DNA of 58,113 nucleotides. It comes from Mariprofundaceae bacterium (GTDB lineage Bacteria; Pseudomonadota; Zetaproteobacteria; Mariprofundales; Mariprofundaceae). Shown here piece by piece: positions 11,890-21,166 of the stretch. Position 1 is the stretch's first letter. Each line of letters begins with the position of its first letter. Under the pieces are notes generated by a model. That model worked only from the letters and a program-made list of their open reading frames with translations, was not told the origin of the DNA and did no database searches. The stretch is taken from NCBI GenBank assembly GCA_015488375.1, contig WFNX01000079.1:1-58113 (forward strand), given 5' to 3'. The position numbers and the translations under genes are program-made.

Positions 11890-12114
11890 TCAACTACCGG
11901 ACAATCCCCGGAGAAACGGCTTGTGAGCCTCGTGTTCGTCATGATCACCATGTTCCTTGCCGGCGCCGCCATGATCTTTTTTGTCTTTATCCTTGTCATG
12001 CTTGGCTTCATGCTTTTTGCCGCCATGCCCGTCCTTGTCACCTTCAGCCATGGCCGGCGTCATGTTCAATGACAATGCCAGCAAGGCCGCAATCAATACT
12101 GTCCAGATACGCAT
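11890..12114 (-). CDS. Small secreted His/Lys/Asp-rich protein (74 aa), function unknown
   Basis: Signal peptide MRIWTVLIAALLALSLNMTPAMA, then a 51-aa low-complexity tail with 9 His (HGGKKHEAKHDKDKDKKDHGGAGKEHGDHDEHEAHK). A GGGGGA stretch lies 9 nt before the ATG, and the gene has its own terminator at 11815..11845. Confidence 0.55.
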   Translation of the reverse strand: MRIWTVLIAALLALSLNMTPAMAEGDKDGHGGKKHEAKHDKDKDKKDHGGAGKEHGDHDEHEAHKPFLRGLSGS

Positions 12115-12185
12115 ATGATTAAATCCCCCATGGTTCAGTCGATTTATTTCAATCTGCTATTCAACATTGCCGACACAGACAATCA

Positions 12186-12201
12186 TGTGATGCAGATCAC
12201 A
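12186..12201. promoter_or_regulatory. CRP-type palindrome TGTGA-N6-TCACA
   Basis: The sequence reads TGTGATGCAGATCACA, a perfect match to both CRP half-site cores. It straddles the trmB stop codon and is centred about 80 nt upstream of the ATG of the His-rich mini-protein. Confidence 0.45.
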
Positions 12202-12907
12202 CAATGTCTTTCCTGATATAATGAAGAAAGCGACTATTGCGCCCTTCCCTGATGCCGCGCTGTTCAAACTTGGTCCAGGGGCGGTCCGGCTCCCGCTCCA
12301 CAAACCCCTTGTCACCGGCCACGTTCACCAGCCCCGGCGTCATATCCAGAATATCGCGCATCCAGTCAGCCAGATCCGGCTTGTCACTGGCAAGACGAAT
12401 AAAACCTCCCGCTTTCAAACGCGAGACCATCAAGCATGCAAAGTCCTTTTGGATCAGCCGTCGTTTGTGATGGCGTTTTTTGGGCCATGGATCAGGATGG
12501 TTAATGTAGATGCCGTCCAGTTGTCCTTCAGCCACCTGATATTGCAACACATACTGTGCAGGTAACTGGGAAATTCTGCAGCGCTCAATCACGCCCGCAT
12601 CCTCCAGCCGCCCGACGGCCTTGGCGACACCCGGCAAATAAATGTCCACGCCCAGCAACTGCCAGTCCGGCCGGGTTTGCGCCAGATGCACCATAAAGTC
12701 ACCATTGCCGAAACCGATTTCCATCACAATCGGCGCCTGCATATCGAGCCCGGCCTCCGCCAGCGTACGCCCTTTCGGCAAGCCAATGCGCGGCAGCCAT
12801 TTCAGCAGTCTGGCCTCCTGACCTGCGGTCACAAAGCCATTCTTGCGGCCATGCGTACGCATTTCATGCTGGGTATATTGTTGTCGGAACTCTCGGGATA
12901 AACGCAT
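12197..12907 (-). CDS. trmB: tRNA (guanine-N7)-methyltransferase
   Basis: EIGFGNG SAM-binding motif and a PDPWPKKRHHKRR motif typical of TrmB. Confidence 0.9.
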   Translation of the reverse strand: MRLSREFRQQYTQHEMRTHGRKNGFVTAGQEARLLKWLPRIGLPKGRTLAEAGLDMQAPIVMEIGFGNGDFMVHLAQTRPDWQLLGVDIYLPGVAKAVGRLEDAGVIERCRISQLPAQYVLQYQVAEGQLDGIYINHPDPWPKKRHHKRRLIQKDFACLMVSRLKAGGFIRLASDKPDLADWMRDILDMTPGLVNVAGDKGFVEREPDRPWTKFEQRGIREGRNSRFLHYIRKDIV

Positions 12908-12919
12908 GGCACAACGCTA

Positions 12920-12943
12920 CAAAGTCATGCCTGCAAAGTCATG
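12920..12943. repeat. Direct repeat CAAAGTCATG x2 with a 14-nt period
   Basis: Read directly. It lies in the 42-nt gap between the DJ-1 stop and the trmB start. Confidence 0.85.
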
Positions 12944-12949
12944 GCTCAG

Positions 12950-13504
12950 TCAGGCCACAATGGCTTGCCGAAGTTCCCCGGCCTTATCTTCCCCGCATAA
13001 TCTGGCAACCAGACGCAAGGCAAAGGCCACGGCGGTGCCCGGCCCGCGACTGGTGATCAGAAAACCATCTTCAACAACGGCATCATCGCTATACACTGAA
13101 GAAGGCTGCAATTCCTCCATTTCGGGACGACATGCCGGATAGGAAGTCACACGCCGCCCTGTCGTCAGACCATAGGCCGCCAGGGCTGTCGGGGCCGCGC
13201 ATATTGCCGCAACCGTTTTGTCCTGTTCATGCAGGCGTTGCACCAGTGTTTTGATACGCACATCATCACGCAACAGGTGCGCATTGGGCAGACCTCCGGG
13301 AAGCACGATCATATCCCAGTGCTGATTCATCACGGAGCCCAGTTCGGCATCGGCCTGAATCCGGATATGAGAACGTCCTGTAACTTCCCTGCCTTCCAGA
13401 GAAGCGGTATACACCTCGATATCGGCCCGACGCAAAATATCCACGACGGCAACGAACTCGATCTCTTCCACGCCTTCTGCAAACGGAACCAATACCCTTG
13501 CCAT
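12950..13504 (-). CDS. DJ-1/PfpI family protein (YajL/ThiJ-like)
   Basis: AAICAAP nucleophile-elbow Cys motif and ITSRGPGTA near the C-terminus. Confidence 0.85.
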   Translation of the reverse strand: MARVLVPFAEGVEEIEFVAVVDILRRADIEVYTASLEGREVTGRSHIRIQADAELGSVMNQHWDMIVLPGGLPNAHLLRDDVRIKTLVQRLHEQDKTVAAICAAPTALAAYGLTTGRRVTSYPACRPEMEELQPSSVYSDDAVVEDGFLITSRGPGTAVAFALRLVARLCGEDKAGELRQAIVA

Positions 13505-14463
13505 TACACGACCTCCTTATGCCAGTTATATGGCCAGTTACCATCAGACACCAGTCGAAATGCTTCATGCATTCGCTGTAAAACAGCATTCTCGCGTGTA
13601 TCGACCCTGCCATCAAGCAATTGTCGAAACTGCTCCTTCAGCCCTGCCGGATCGGTCGTCGGTGTTTTGGGATAGGCTGTTGCCGCCACCCCGGGATAAG
13701 ATACAGACGTTATCTGCGCACCATATTGGTAAAGCATCGTCTTCTGACGATCGGCATATAATTCCGGCTCGCCTTCCGCACCCATGAAGATCAGCGATCG
13801 TTGCTGGCCCAGATGCACATTCGCCAGCGCCATTTTTTTCGCATATGGCGTATGAAACATGCCATTAAGCTGACCGGCACAGGCCAGCGGGTTCAGCAGC
13901 CGGGCCACGGTATTGGCAAAATTACGTACACCCAGCCGATCACGCAGGCCATAAATATGCCATAACGGCGGACAGATATCGGCCAGATCCAGATATACGA
14001 TGCCATCCGTACGCAATATGCGTATCGCGGTTTGCGCATCATCCGTACGCTGAACGCCGGCCATACTCAACGCCTGCCAGGCACTGAGACGTCCGGCGAT
14101 ATGCGTCACGCCATGCACCACCACCGGAACCCCCGCATCGCGCATCTGCAGGGCGGCCATGAGATGTACCGGCGAAGCCCGGCGTTTGCCGGCATAGCAT
14201 GGCAGGTCAACAGCGCCCTCCGGCAGGGAAATGTCCGCCGTTTGCCAGGGCATCTGCTGACGGGCGGCCATGACAAAGCCTGCCAGCTCATCCGCCGTTT
14301 CTCCTTTCATGCGCTCGGCAATAAGAAAGGCGCCCAGTTGCAATGGATCGGCATCGGGCTGCAACAGCGCGGCGAAAGCCTGTTGTGCCTCGGTTATGGA
14401 CAGGTGCTCGGAGCCGTGTTTACCACGTGCCACGCGACGAATAAAGGAGGCCAGATTATGCAT
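13504..14463 (-). CDS. ybiB: TrpD2 / YbiB-like glycosyl-transferase-family-3-fold nucleic-acid-binding protein
   Basis: VARGKHGSEHL, VVVHGV and GVRN blocks match the remembered E. coli YbiB (IGRGKNHARDL, VVVHGV, GVRN). The start is trimmed to MHNLASF (M22). The stop overlaps the DJ-1 start by 1 nt (TAATG). Confidence 0.7.
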   Translation of the reverse strand: MHNLASFIRRVARGKHGSEHLSITEAQQAFAALLQPDADPLQLGAFLIAERMKGETADELAGFVMAARQQMPWQTADISLPEGAVDLPCYAGKRRASPVHLMAALQMRDAGVPVVVHGVTHIAGRLSAWQALSMAGVQRTDDAQTAIRILRTDGIVYLDLADICPPLWHIYGLRDRLGVRNFANTVARLLNPLACAGQLNGMFHTPYAKKMALANVHLGQQRSLIFMGAEGEPELYADRQKTMLYQYGAQITSVSYPGVAATAYPKTPTTDPAGLKEQFRQLLDGRVDTRENAVLQRMHEAFRLVSDGNWPYNWHKEVV

Positions 14464-14513
14464 GGCCCCATTTATGCCCGCCCCGCAGTCATCAGACAAG
14501 GGATAATATCGGC

Positions 14514-14543
14514 AGTACACTTTCATCGGCCACAGGGTATAAT
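14514..14543 (+). promoter_or_regulatory. Sigma-70-like promoter placing the TSS at or next to the glgC ATG (leaderless candidate)
   Basis: AGTACA, then 18 nt, then a perfect TATAAT (14538..14543), then 6 nt, then the ATG at 14550. There is no SD. Confidence 0.45.
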
Positions 14544-14549
14544 AAGTGC

Positions 14550-15764
14550 ATGGATAAGGTGCTGGCCATTGTCCTTGCCGGCGGAGAAGGATCCCGTTTG
14601 TATCCGCTCACCAAAACCCGGGCAAAACCCGCGGTGCCGTTCGGCGGCAAGTATCGTATTATCGACTTCACCCTGTCCAACTGCCTGCATTCCCGCATCC
14701 GGCGCATTCTCGTGCTGACCCAGTACAAATCCCATTCCCTGCATAAACACCTGCGCGATGCATGGTCGATCTACAGCCCTGAGATCGGAGAATATATTAC
14801 CGATGTTCCGGCGCAAATGCAGATGGGTGAGCACTGGTACAGTGGCACCGCCGATGCCGTGTATCAGAACATCGCGCTCATTTCACGTTGTGACGCCGAA
14901 GAAGTTCTGATTCTCTCCGGCGATCATATCTATCGCATGGACTATGCCGCCATGATTGAACAGCACCGACGCAACAAGGCCAAGGCGACCATTGCCTGCA
15001 TGCAGGTGCCCTGTCGCGAGGCCCGTGAACTGGGGGTAGTCGAATGTAATGCGCAGGGCATGATCGTTCGCTTTGAGGAGAAGCCCGAACATCCGGCAAC
15101 GATGCCCGGCTCACCCAACACCTGCCTGGCCTCCATGGGGATTTATGTCTTCAACAAACAGGCCCTGCTTGAGCGCCTGCAGGCCGATCAAAACAATCGC
15201 GATTCGCAACACGACTTTGCTCACGATATCCTGCCCTGCTGGATCAGGGAGGAACAGGTCTATCCCTATATGTTCGGTCTGCCGGCAGGACGCGTCACGC
15301 CCGATAACTACTGGCGTGATGTGGGCACCATCGATGCCTATTACCGCGCCAATATGGATTTGTTGCGTCCCGTTCCCCCGCTGAACCTGTACCAGCAGGA
15401 CTGGCCCATCCGTTCCTATCACCAGCCGGTACCGCCCTGCCGCACAGGACCGGCGGAAGACGGACGCCATGAACAGCTGGAAAACGTCATCATGGGCAGC
15501 GGCAGTATTGTGACCGGTGCCAGAGTCCGGCATTCCATTCTCTTCTATCTGGTTTCCGTTGCCCCCGGGGCGGATATTGATTCATGCATCCTGTTTGATC
15601 AGGTGCATATCGGTCGTGATGTTCTGTTGCGCCGCTGCATTATCGACAAGCATGTTCGCATTCCGGACGGCATCTGCATTGGCCTGAATCCGGCGGAAGA
15701 CAGCAAGCGCTTCCATGTCACCGCCGATGGCATTACCGTGATCCCCAAGGAGTATCGGTTTTAA
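14550..15764 (+). CDS. glgC: Glucose-1-phosphate adenylyltransferase
   Basis: LAGGEGSRLYPLTKTRAKPAVPFGGKYRIIDF N-terminal signature and a left-handed beta-helix C-terminus. Confidence 0.93.
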   Translation: MDKVLAIVLAGGEGSRLYPLTKTRAKPAVPFGGKYRIIDFTLSNCLHSRIRRILVLTQYKSHSLHKHLRDAWSIYSPEIGEYITDVPAQMQMGEHWYSGTADAVYQNIALISRCDAEEVLILSGDHIYRMDYAAMIEQHRRNKAKATIACMQVPCREARELGVVECNAQGMIVRFEEKPEHPATMPGSPNTCLASMGIYVFNKQALLERLQADQNNRDSQHDFAHDILPCWIREEQVYPYMFGLPAGRVTPDNYWRDVGTIDAYYRANMDLLRPVPPLNLYQQDWPIRSYHQPVPPCRTGPAEDGRHEQLENVIMGSGSIVTGARVRHSILFYLVSVAPGADIDSCILFDQVHIGRDVLLRRCIIDKHVRIPDGICIGLNPAEDSKRFHVTADGITVIPKEYRF

Positions 15765-15940
15765 CCCGGATTTTCCATGTGATCGCGGGTGGATGGTGCG
15801 GGATGCGCAGACAAGCCAGGCACCGCGAAATGTAAACCGTTATGCCACAAGGCAGATACATTCCGGTGTGAGGCCTCAATATATTTCGATCGTTCACCAT
15901 CCCGGCACATAACATGAAAAATTCGGATTAACCGCATGAT

Positions 15941-15975
15941 AAAAAAAACAGGCGCGGCCTGAACGACCGCGCCTG
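15941..15975 (-). terminator. Rho-independent terminator after amt (the hairpin may also stop convergent glgC transcription)
   Basis: Stem CAGGCGCGG / CCGCGCCTG with a 9-nt loop, followed on the minus strand by T8. Confidence 0.8.
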
Positions 15976-16000
15976 CACACCCTGTTGCTTTCGCTGCGGA

Positions 16001-17212
16001 TCAGTGCCGAGCCATATCCTCTTCCGGATAGGCACTGATATGATGGATGGACAAATCCGCACCGCGATATTCATCTTCTTCATCCATACGCAATCCCATG
16101 ATGGCCCTGGTGACACCATAGACAATGAAGCCACCGGCAACGGCAATGGCCAGTCCGGTCAGTGTGCCGACCAGTTGTGCCATGAAGGTTACACCCCCGG
16201 CGCCACCCAGCGAGGTCGAGCCGAAAATACCGGCGGCAACACCACCCCAGATGCCGGCACCGCCATGCAGCGGAACCACGCCAAGCACATCATCGATCTT
16301 CAGCCTGTTCTGAATAAACTGAAAGCCATACACAAAACCCACGCCGCCGACAGCGCCGATCACCAGTGCACCGACCGGATGAACGATATCGGAACCGGCA
16401 CAGATCGCCACCAGGCCGGCCAGCGCACCATTATGCACGAAGCCCGGATCATTCCGGCCGACAATCAGGGCGGCAATCAAGCCGCCAACCATGGCCAGCA
16501 GTGAATTGATCGCCACCAGCCCCGAAGCGGCATCCGCTGTCCCGGCACTCATCACATTAAAGCCGAACCAGCCGACACACAAAATCCAGGAACCCAGGGC
16601 AAGAAACGGAATGTTTGACGGCAGAATGGCATTGATCCGGCCATCGCTCGTATAACGTCCCTTACGGGCTCCGAGCAGCACAACCGCCCCCAGGGCAAGG
16701 AAGCCGCCCATCCCGTGCACAACAACCGAGCCGGCAAAGTCATGGAAGCCGGCACCGAATGCAGACTCCAGCCATGCCTGATAGCCGAAGTTTCCGCCCC
16801 AGATCAGGCCTTCATAAAACGGATAGACCAGCCCGACCAGAAGCAGTGTGGCCACGGCATTCGGCCAGAAACGAACGCGTTCGGTGATACCTCCGGAAAT
16901 AATGGCCGGAATGGCCGCTGCAAAGGTCAACAAAAAGAAAAAATGAACCATTTCATAACCATTCGCCTTGTCTCCGATAACCGAAATTTCGGACACCGGC
17001 GCGAAAAAGTTAATGCCATAGGCCACAGAAAAGCCGACAAAGAAATAGGCCAGCGTGGAGAAACCAAAATCACTGAGTACGCGCACCAGCGCATTCACCT
17101 GATTCTTTTTACGAACCGTGCCTACTTCAAGAAAAGCAAAGCCGGCATGCATGGCCAACACCATGGCTGCACCCATGGTGAGAAAAAACACATCAAAACC
17201 TGCAGTATTCAT
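16001..17212 (-). CDS. amt: Ammonium transporter (Amt family, no cleavable signal peptide)
   Basis: AGFAFLEVG and DFAGSVVVH Amt signatures, about 11 TM helices, preceded by a PII gene. Confidence 0.93.
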   Translation of the reverse strand: MNTAGFDVFFLTMGAAMVLAMHAGFAFLEVGTVRKKNQVNALVRVLSDFGFSTLAYFFVGFSVAYGINFFAPVSEISVIGDKANGYEMVHFFFLLTFAAAIPAIISGGITERVRFWPNAVATLLLVGLVYPFYEGLIWGGNFGYQAWLESAFGAGFHDFAGSVVVHGMGGFLALGAVVLLGARKGRYTSDGRINAILPSNIPFLALGSWILCVGWFGFNVMSAGTADAASGLVAINSLLAMVGGLIAALIVGRNDPGFVHNGALAGLVAICAGSDIVHPVGALVIGAVGGVGFVYGFQFIQNRLKIDDVLGVVPLHGGAGIWGGVAAGIFGSTSLGGAGGVTFMAQLVGTLTGLAIAVAGGFIVYGVTRAIMGLRMDEEDEYRGADLSIHHISAYPEEDMARH

Positions 17213-17245
17213 TATGTAATCATCCCCCTGATATAATTATTTGCG

Positions 17246-17686
<441 letters not shown>

Positions 17687-17757
17687 TTATTGCGTTCTCG
17701 CATACAGCCATACACGGATATGCCTGTTTCCTGGGCGCGGGAGATTATTATTTAGGC

Positions 17758-17797
17758 AAAAAAAAGAAAAGGAGGCGAAGACATCCGTCTCCACCTC
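17758..17797 (-). terminator. Rho-independent terminator after amtB
   Basis: A 12-bp stem with 2 mismatches (GGAGGCGAAGAC / GTCTCCACCTCC) and a 4-nt loop, followed on the minus strand by TTTTCTTTTTTT. Confidence 0.75.
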
Positions 17798-17874
17798 CTC
17801 TTTTGTTGCCGTTCATGGAATTAATTACCGGGTGACGATTCCATGCCCGTGCAAACACTTATCGCAGCGAGGTA

Positions 17875-19161
17875 TCACTCGTATACCTGCTCACCGTGCT
17901 GGGTGATATCCAGCCCCTCGCGTTCTTCATCATGGCTGACGCGCAGGCCGATCATGGCATCCAGCACCTTAAGGATCACAAAGGTTACGACCGCACAATA
18001 GGCAATCGTCGCCGCAATGGCTTCAAGCTGCACCATCACCTGACTACCAATGGTCACACCCTCAGCCAGACCGGCACCACCGAACGATGAAGACACGAAC
18101 ACACCGGTCAGAATTGCCCCCACAATGCCACCGACACCATGGACGCCGAAGGCATCCAGTGAATCGTCATAGCCAAGAGCGCGTTTCATGAAGACCACGG
18201 CACAGAAGCAGGCAACAGCGGCAACCGCACCAATCGCCAGTGCGCCCACCGGGCCGACAAAACCGGATGCCGGCGTAATCGCAACAAGACCGGCAACCGC
18301 ACCGGAACAGGCACCAAGCAGGCTGGCCTTCTTAAAGACAACATATTCGGCCACGCTCCATGCCAGCACCGCCATAGCCGTTGCCACCTGCGTAACCAGC
18401 AGCGCCATACCCGCCGTGCCATCAGCAGCCAGCTCGGAGCCGGCATTGAAACCAAACCAGCCCACCCACAGCAACGCCGCACCGATCATCGTCAGCGTCA
18501 GATTATGCGGCAAAATGGCTTCTTTCGGATAACCGATGCGCTTGCCCAGCACCAGTGCGCATACCAGACCTGCAACACCGGCATTAATATGTACGACGGT
18601 GCCGCCGGCGAAGTCCAGTGTACCCAGATCGCCCAGGAAACCACCGCCCCATACCCAGTGACAGATCGGCGCATATACGGCCAGCACCCAGATGCCGGTA
18701 AACAGCATTACCGCTGAGAACTTCATGCGCTCGGCAAAGGCACCAATAATCAGCACCGGGGTAATGATCGCAAACGTCATCTGGAATGTGGCAAATACCG
18801 TTTCCGGAATCGAGCCGGACAAGGTGTCATAGCCAACGCCCGAGAAGAACGCCTTGCCCAAGCCACCGATAAAGGCGGAACCCTCGCCAAAAGCCAGCGA
18901 ATAACCGACAACTACCCACAGCACGCTCATCAGTGACGCAATCGCCAGCGTCTGCATGCACATGGAGAGAATATTCTTCTTGCGCACCATGCCGCCATAA
19001 AACAGCGCCAGGCCAGGCAGCGTCATCAACAGCACCAGTGCCGTTGCCGTAATCATCCAGGCCGTATCACCTGAATTCAGCGTATCTTCGGCAAATGCCA
19101 TTTGTGGCAGCAACAAGGCCGCCGACAACATCAATACCCTGTTTTTCCAGTGTTTATTCAT
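17875..19161 (-). CDS. amtB: Ammonium transporter AmtB (with signal peptide)
   Basis: Signal peptide ...PQMAFA, DFAGGTVVHINAG and GVHGVGG motifs. It lies immediately downstream of glnK. Confidence 0.95.
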   Translation of the reverse strand: MNKHWKNRVLMLSAALLLPQMAFAEDTLNSGDTAWMITATALVLLMTLPGLALFYGGMVRKKNILSMCMQTLAIASLMSVLWVVVGYSLAFGEGSAFIGGLGKAFFSGVGYDTLSGSIPETVFATFQMTFAIITPVLIIGAFAERMKFSAVMLFTGIWVLAVYAPICHWVWGGGFLGDLGTLDFAGGTVVHINAGVAGLVCALVLGKRIGYPKEAILPHNLTLTMIGAALLWVGWFGFNAGSELAADGTAGMALLVTQVATAMAVLAWSVAEYVVFKKASLLGACSGAVAGLVAITPASGFVGPVGALAIGAVAAVACFCAVVFMKRALGYDDSLDAFGVHGVGGIVGAILTGVFVSSSFGGAGLAEGVTIGSQVMVQLEAIAATIAYCAVVTFVILKVLDAMIGLRVSHDEEREGLDITQHGEQVYE

Positions 19162-19177
19162 GATAAGTCCCCTCCTC

Positions 19178-19609
<432 letters not shown>

Positions 19610-19626
19610 TCAGGGGGATCAGAAAA

Positions 19627-20409
19627 TCAGTAGGCGAAATTCACGCCGGCAATAAATTCCGTTTTCACAGCCGTTCCATAAATGTACTGGTTGCCATCAA
19701 TCGATTTGGATACGGTCGGAATGGTTACAGTTACCGAAGGCGTGATCGTCACATCACCAGCCGTAACATCCTTACTCATCCCCAGCGCAACAACCGCCAC
19801 GCCGTTCTTGTACATATCCAGGCCAGCAACAATCGGGCGTTTTACGGCATCTGCTTTCCAGTTCACATAGGAACCGGTTGCAGACAGATCAAAACCACCA
19901 ACCGATCCGGACAAGCCGAAGTCCACCCAAAGATCACCGGTCTTGTAGAAACCGCTGTCATTTCCCTTGGCCGTATAATATACGGTCATCGATGGCGAAA
20001 TCGCTGCGTCGTATGAAACGCCCCCGTACAGTTCAACAAAATTGGAATGAGCGTCATACAGGTAGGTATAATAAATCGCTCCCAGGGAATAACCCAAGCC
20101 ACTATCGCCAACGGAACCGGAATAATCTGCTGTCCAGTCAAATTCTACCACATCCTTACCTGCAAACTGTGGTTCCGGCGAGGGATATGAATTGGAAAAC
20201 CACACTGAGGCAGAAAAACCACCATAGGAAACACCCAAGTCGCCCTGCACCGCCGCCTTGCTGCCATTCTGTGCGACACCGCGCCAGACATACTGATTGA
20301 ACGCACCGATATCACCGGATACCGATACCTCTTCAGCCTGGACTGTTGTCGCCTGTCCGAACCCCATCAGGCCGGCAAACAGGGCCGCAAGCAATAATTT
20401 CTTCTTCAT
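19627..20409 (-). CDS. Outer-membrane beta-barrel protein, Gcw_chp (TIGR02001-like) family
   Basis: Signal peptide ...TTVQA, a VSGDIGAFNQYVWRGVAQNG...VWFSN block resembling the Gcw_chp family as I remember it, alternating-hydrophobic strands and a C-terminal ...NFAY. Confidence 0.7.
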   Translation of the reverse strand: MKKKLLLAALFAGLMGFGQATTVQAEEVSVSGDIGAFNQYVWRGVAQNGSKAAVQGDLGVSYGGFSASVWFSNSYPSPEPQFAGKDVVEFDWTADYSGSVGDSGLGYSLGAIYYTYLYDAHSNFVELYGGVSYDAAISPSMTVYYTAKGNDSGFYKTGDLWVDFGLSGSVGGFDLSATGSYVNWKADAVKRPIVAGLDMYKNGVAVVALGMSKDVTAGDVTITPSVTVTIPTVSKSIDGNQYIYGTAVKTEFIAGVNFAY

Positions 20410-20458
20410 CTCTTTCCTCCGTTTTATGTCCCGTTATTTCAGGGTATGCACTCCTCTT

Positions 20459-20475
20459 AGCACATACCGTGCCAA
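20459..20475 (-). promoter_or_regulatory. Sigma-54 (-24/-12) promoter for the OMP-glnK-amtB unit
   Basis: The minus strand reads TTGGCACGGTATGTGCT. The GG and GC dinucleotides are 12 nt apart, as in TGGCAC-N5-TTGC. The predicted 5' UTR is about 40 nt and ends in GGAGG-N6-ATG (20409). Confidence 0.7.
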
Positions 20476-20497
20476 AAGGAGAATGCACAAGAAAACG

Positions 20498-20578
20498 GGC
20501 CATGCTTCACCCGAACCCGGCCATGCCTGCCTTTTTTATGAGCATGGTTGCCTATATTGTAAGCTTGCATGGCCATGA
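20498..20578. repeat. Array of GGCCATGC / GCATGG(CC) motifs upstream of the sigma-54 promoter
   Basis: GGCCATGC occurs at 20498 and 20519 (21-nt period), the inverted copy GCATGG at 20542 and 20567, and GGCCATGA at 20571. Confidence 0.35.
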
Positions 20579-20650
20579 TGCTCGTGTGTCGCTTCTGCTA
20601 TTCCTCAGCCAAATAATTGCTACAATGTGGGCCCTTGATCGGAGGTATCC

Positions 20651-21166
20651 ATGCAAATCGATTTTCAGCTTGCCCCCTGGGGTATGATATTCGCCGCCCT
20701 TATCTATGTGATTGGCAATGCAGTCTGGACCAACCACCTGGCCCGCCAGCGTATCTGGGCAGGATGGCTGATGTGGACGCTTGCCGCGATATTCATTCTG
20801 TTTGCCGGCGCTGCTGTCGAGTCTCGTCTTGCCGGCAATGGCGATATTATGAGCACATTAAGTGCAGCCGACGGTGAGAAACACTGGATTATTGTCACGC
20901 TGTTCGCGCTGCTTTCCGTTCCGGGAGCCGCCAGCATTCTGTTTCGCCAAAGTGTTGCCTGGACGCGTTTTGCCGTCTGTGCCACGGCACTGCTGGTTTT
21001 TATTCCACTGGGCGCGCAATTGCATGATCCTGAGGATACGCGCATCGCCTTAAGTCTGGGTATTACGCTGGCGGTTATTGGTCTGCTCTGGCTGACCTCA
21101 TCATTGCTCGACAGTGAACCGGTACACAAACGGAAAACCGTACCACTGGAAGAGGCCGACGCATGA
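20651..21166 (+). CDS. Hypothetical integral membrane protein (4-5 TM)
   Basis: GGAGG lies 5 nt before the ATG. There are clear hydrophobic helices and an ATGA stop/start overlap with argB. Confidence 0.55.
   Translation: MQIDFQLAPWGMIFAALIYVIGNAVWTNHLARQRIWAGWLMWTLAAIFILFAGAAVESRLAGNGDIMSTLSAADGEKHWIIVTLFALLSVPGAASILFRQSVAWTRFAVCATALLVFIPLGAQLHDPEDTRIALSLGITLAVIGLLWLTSSLLDSEPVHKRKTVPLEEADA

Noticed and set aside
15832-15847. A sigma-54-like TGGCATAACGGTTTAC on the minus strand in the glgC/amt convergent gap, which could drive an sRNA.
   Set aside because: The -12 element lacks the essential GC dinucleotide. It points toward the 3' end of glgC (antisense to it), with no minus-strand ORF downstream. 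No terminator-bounded unit is evident.
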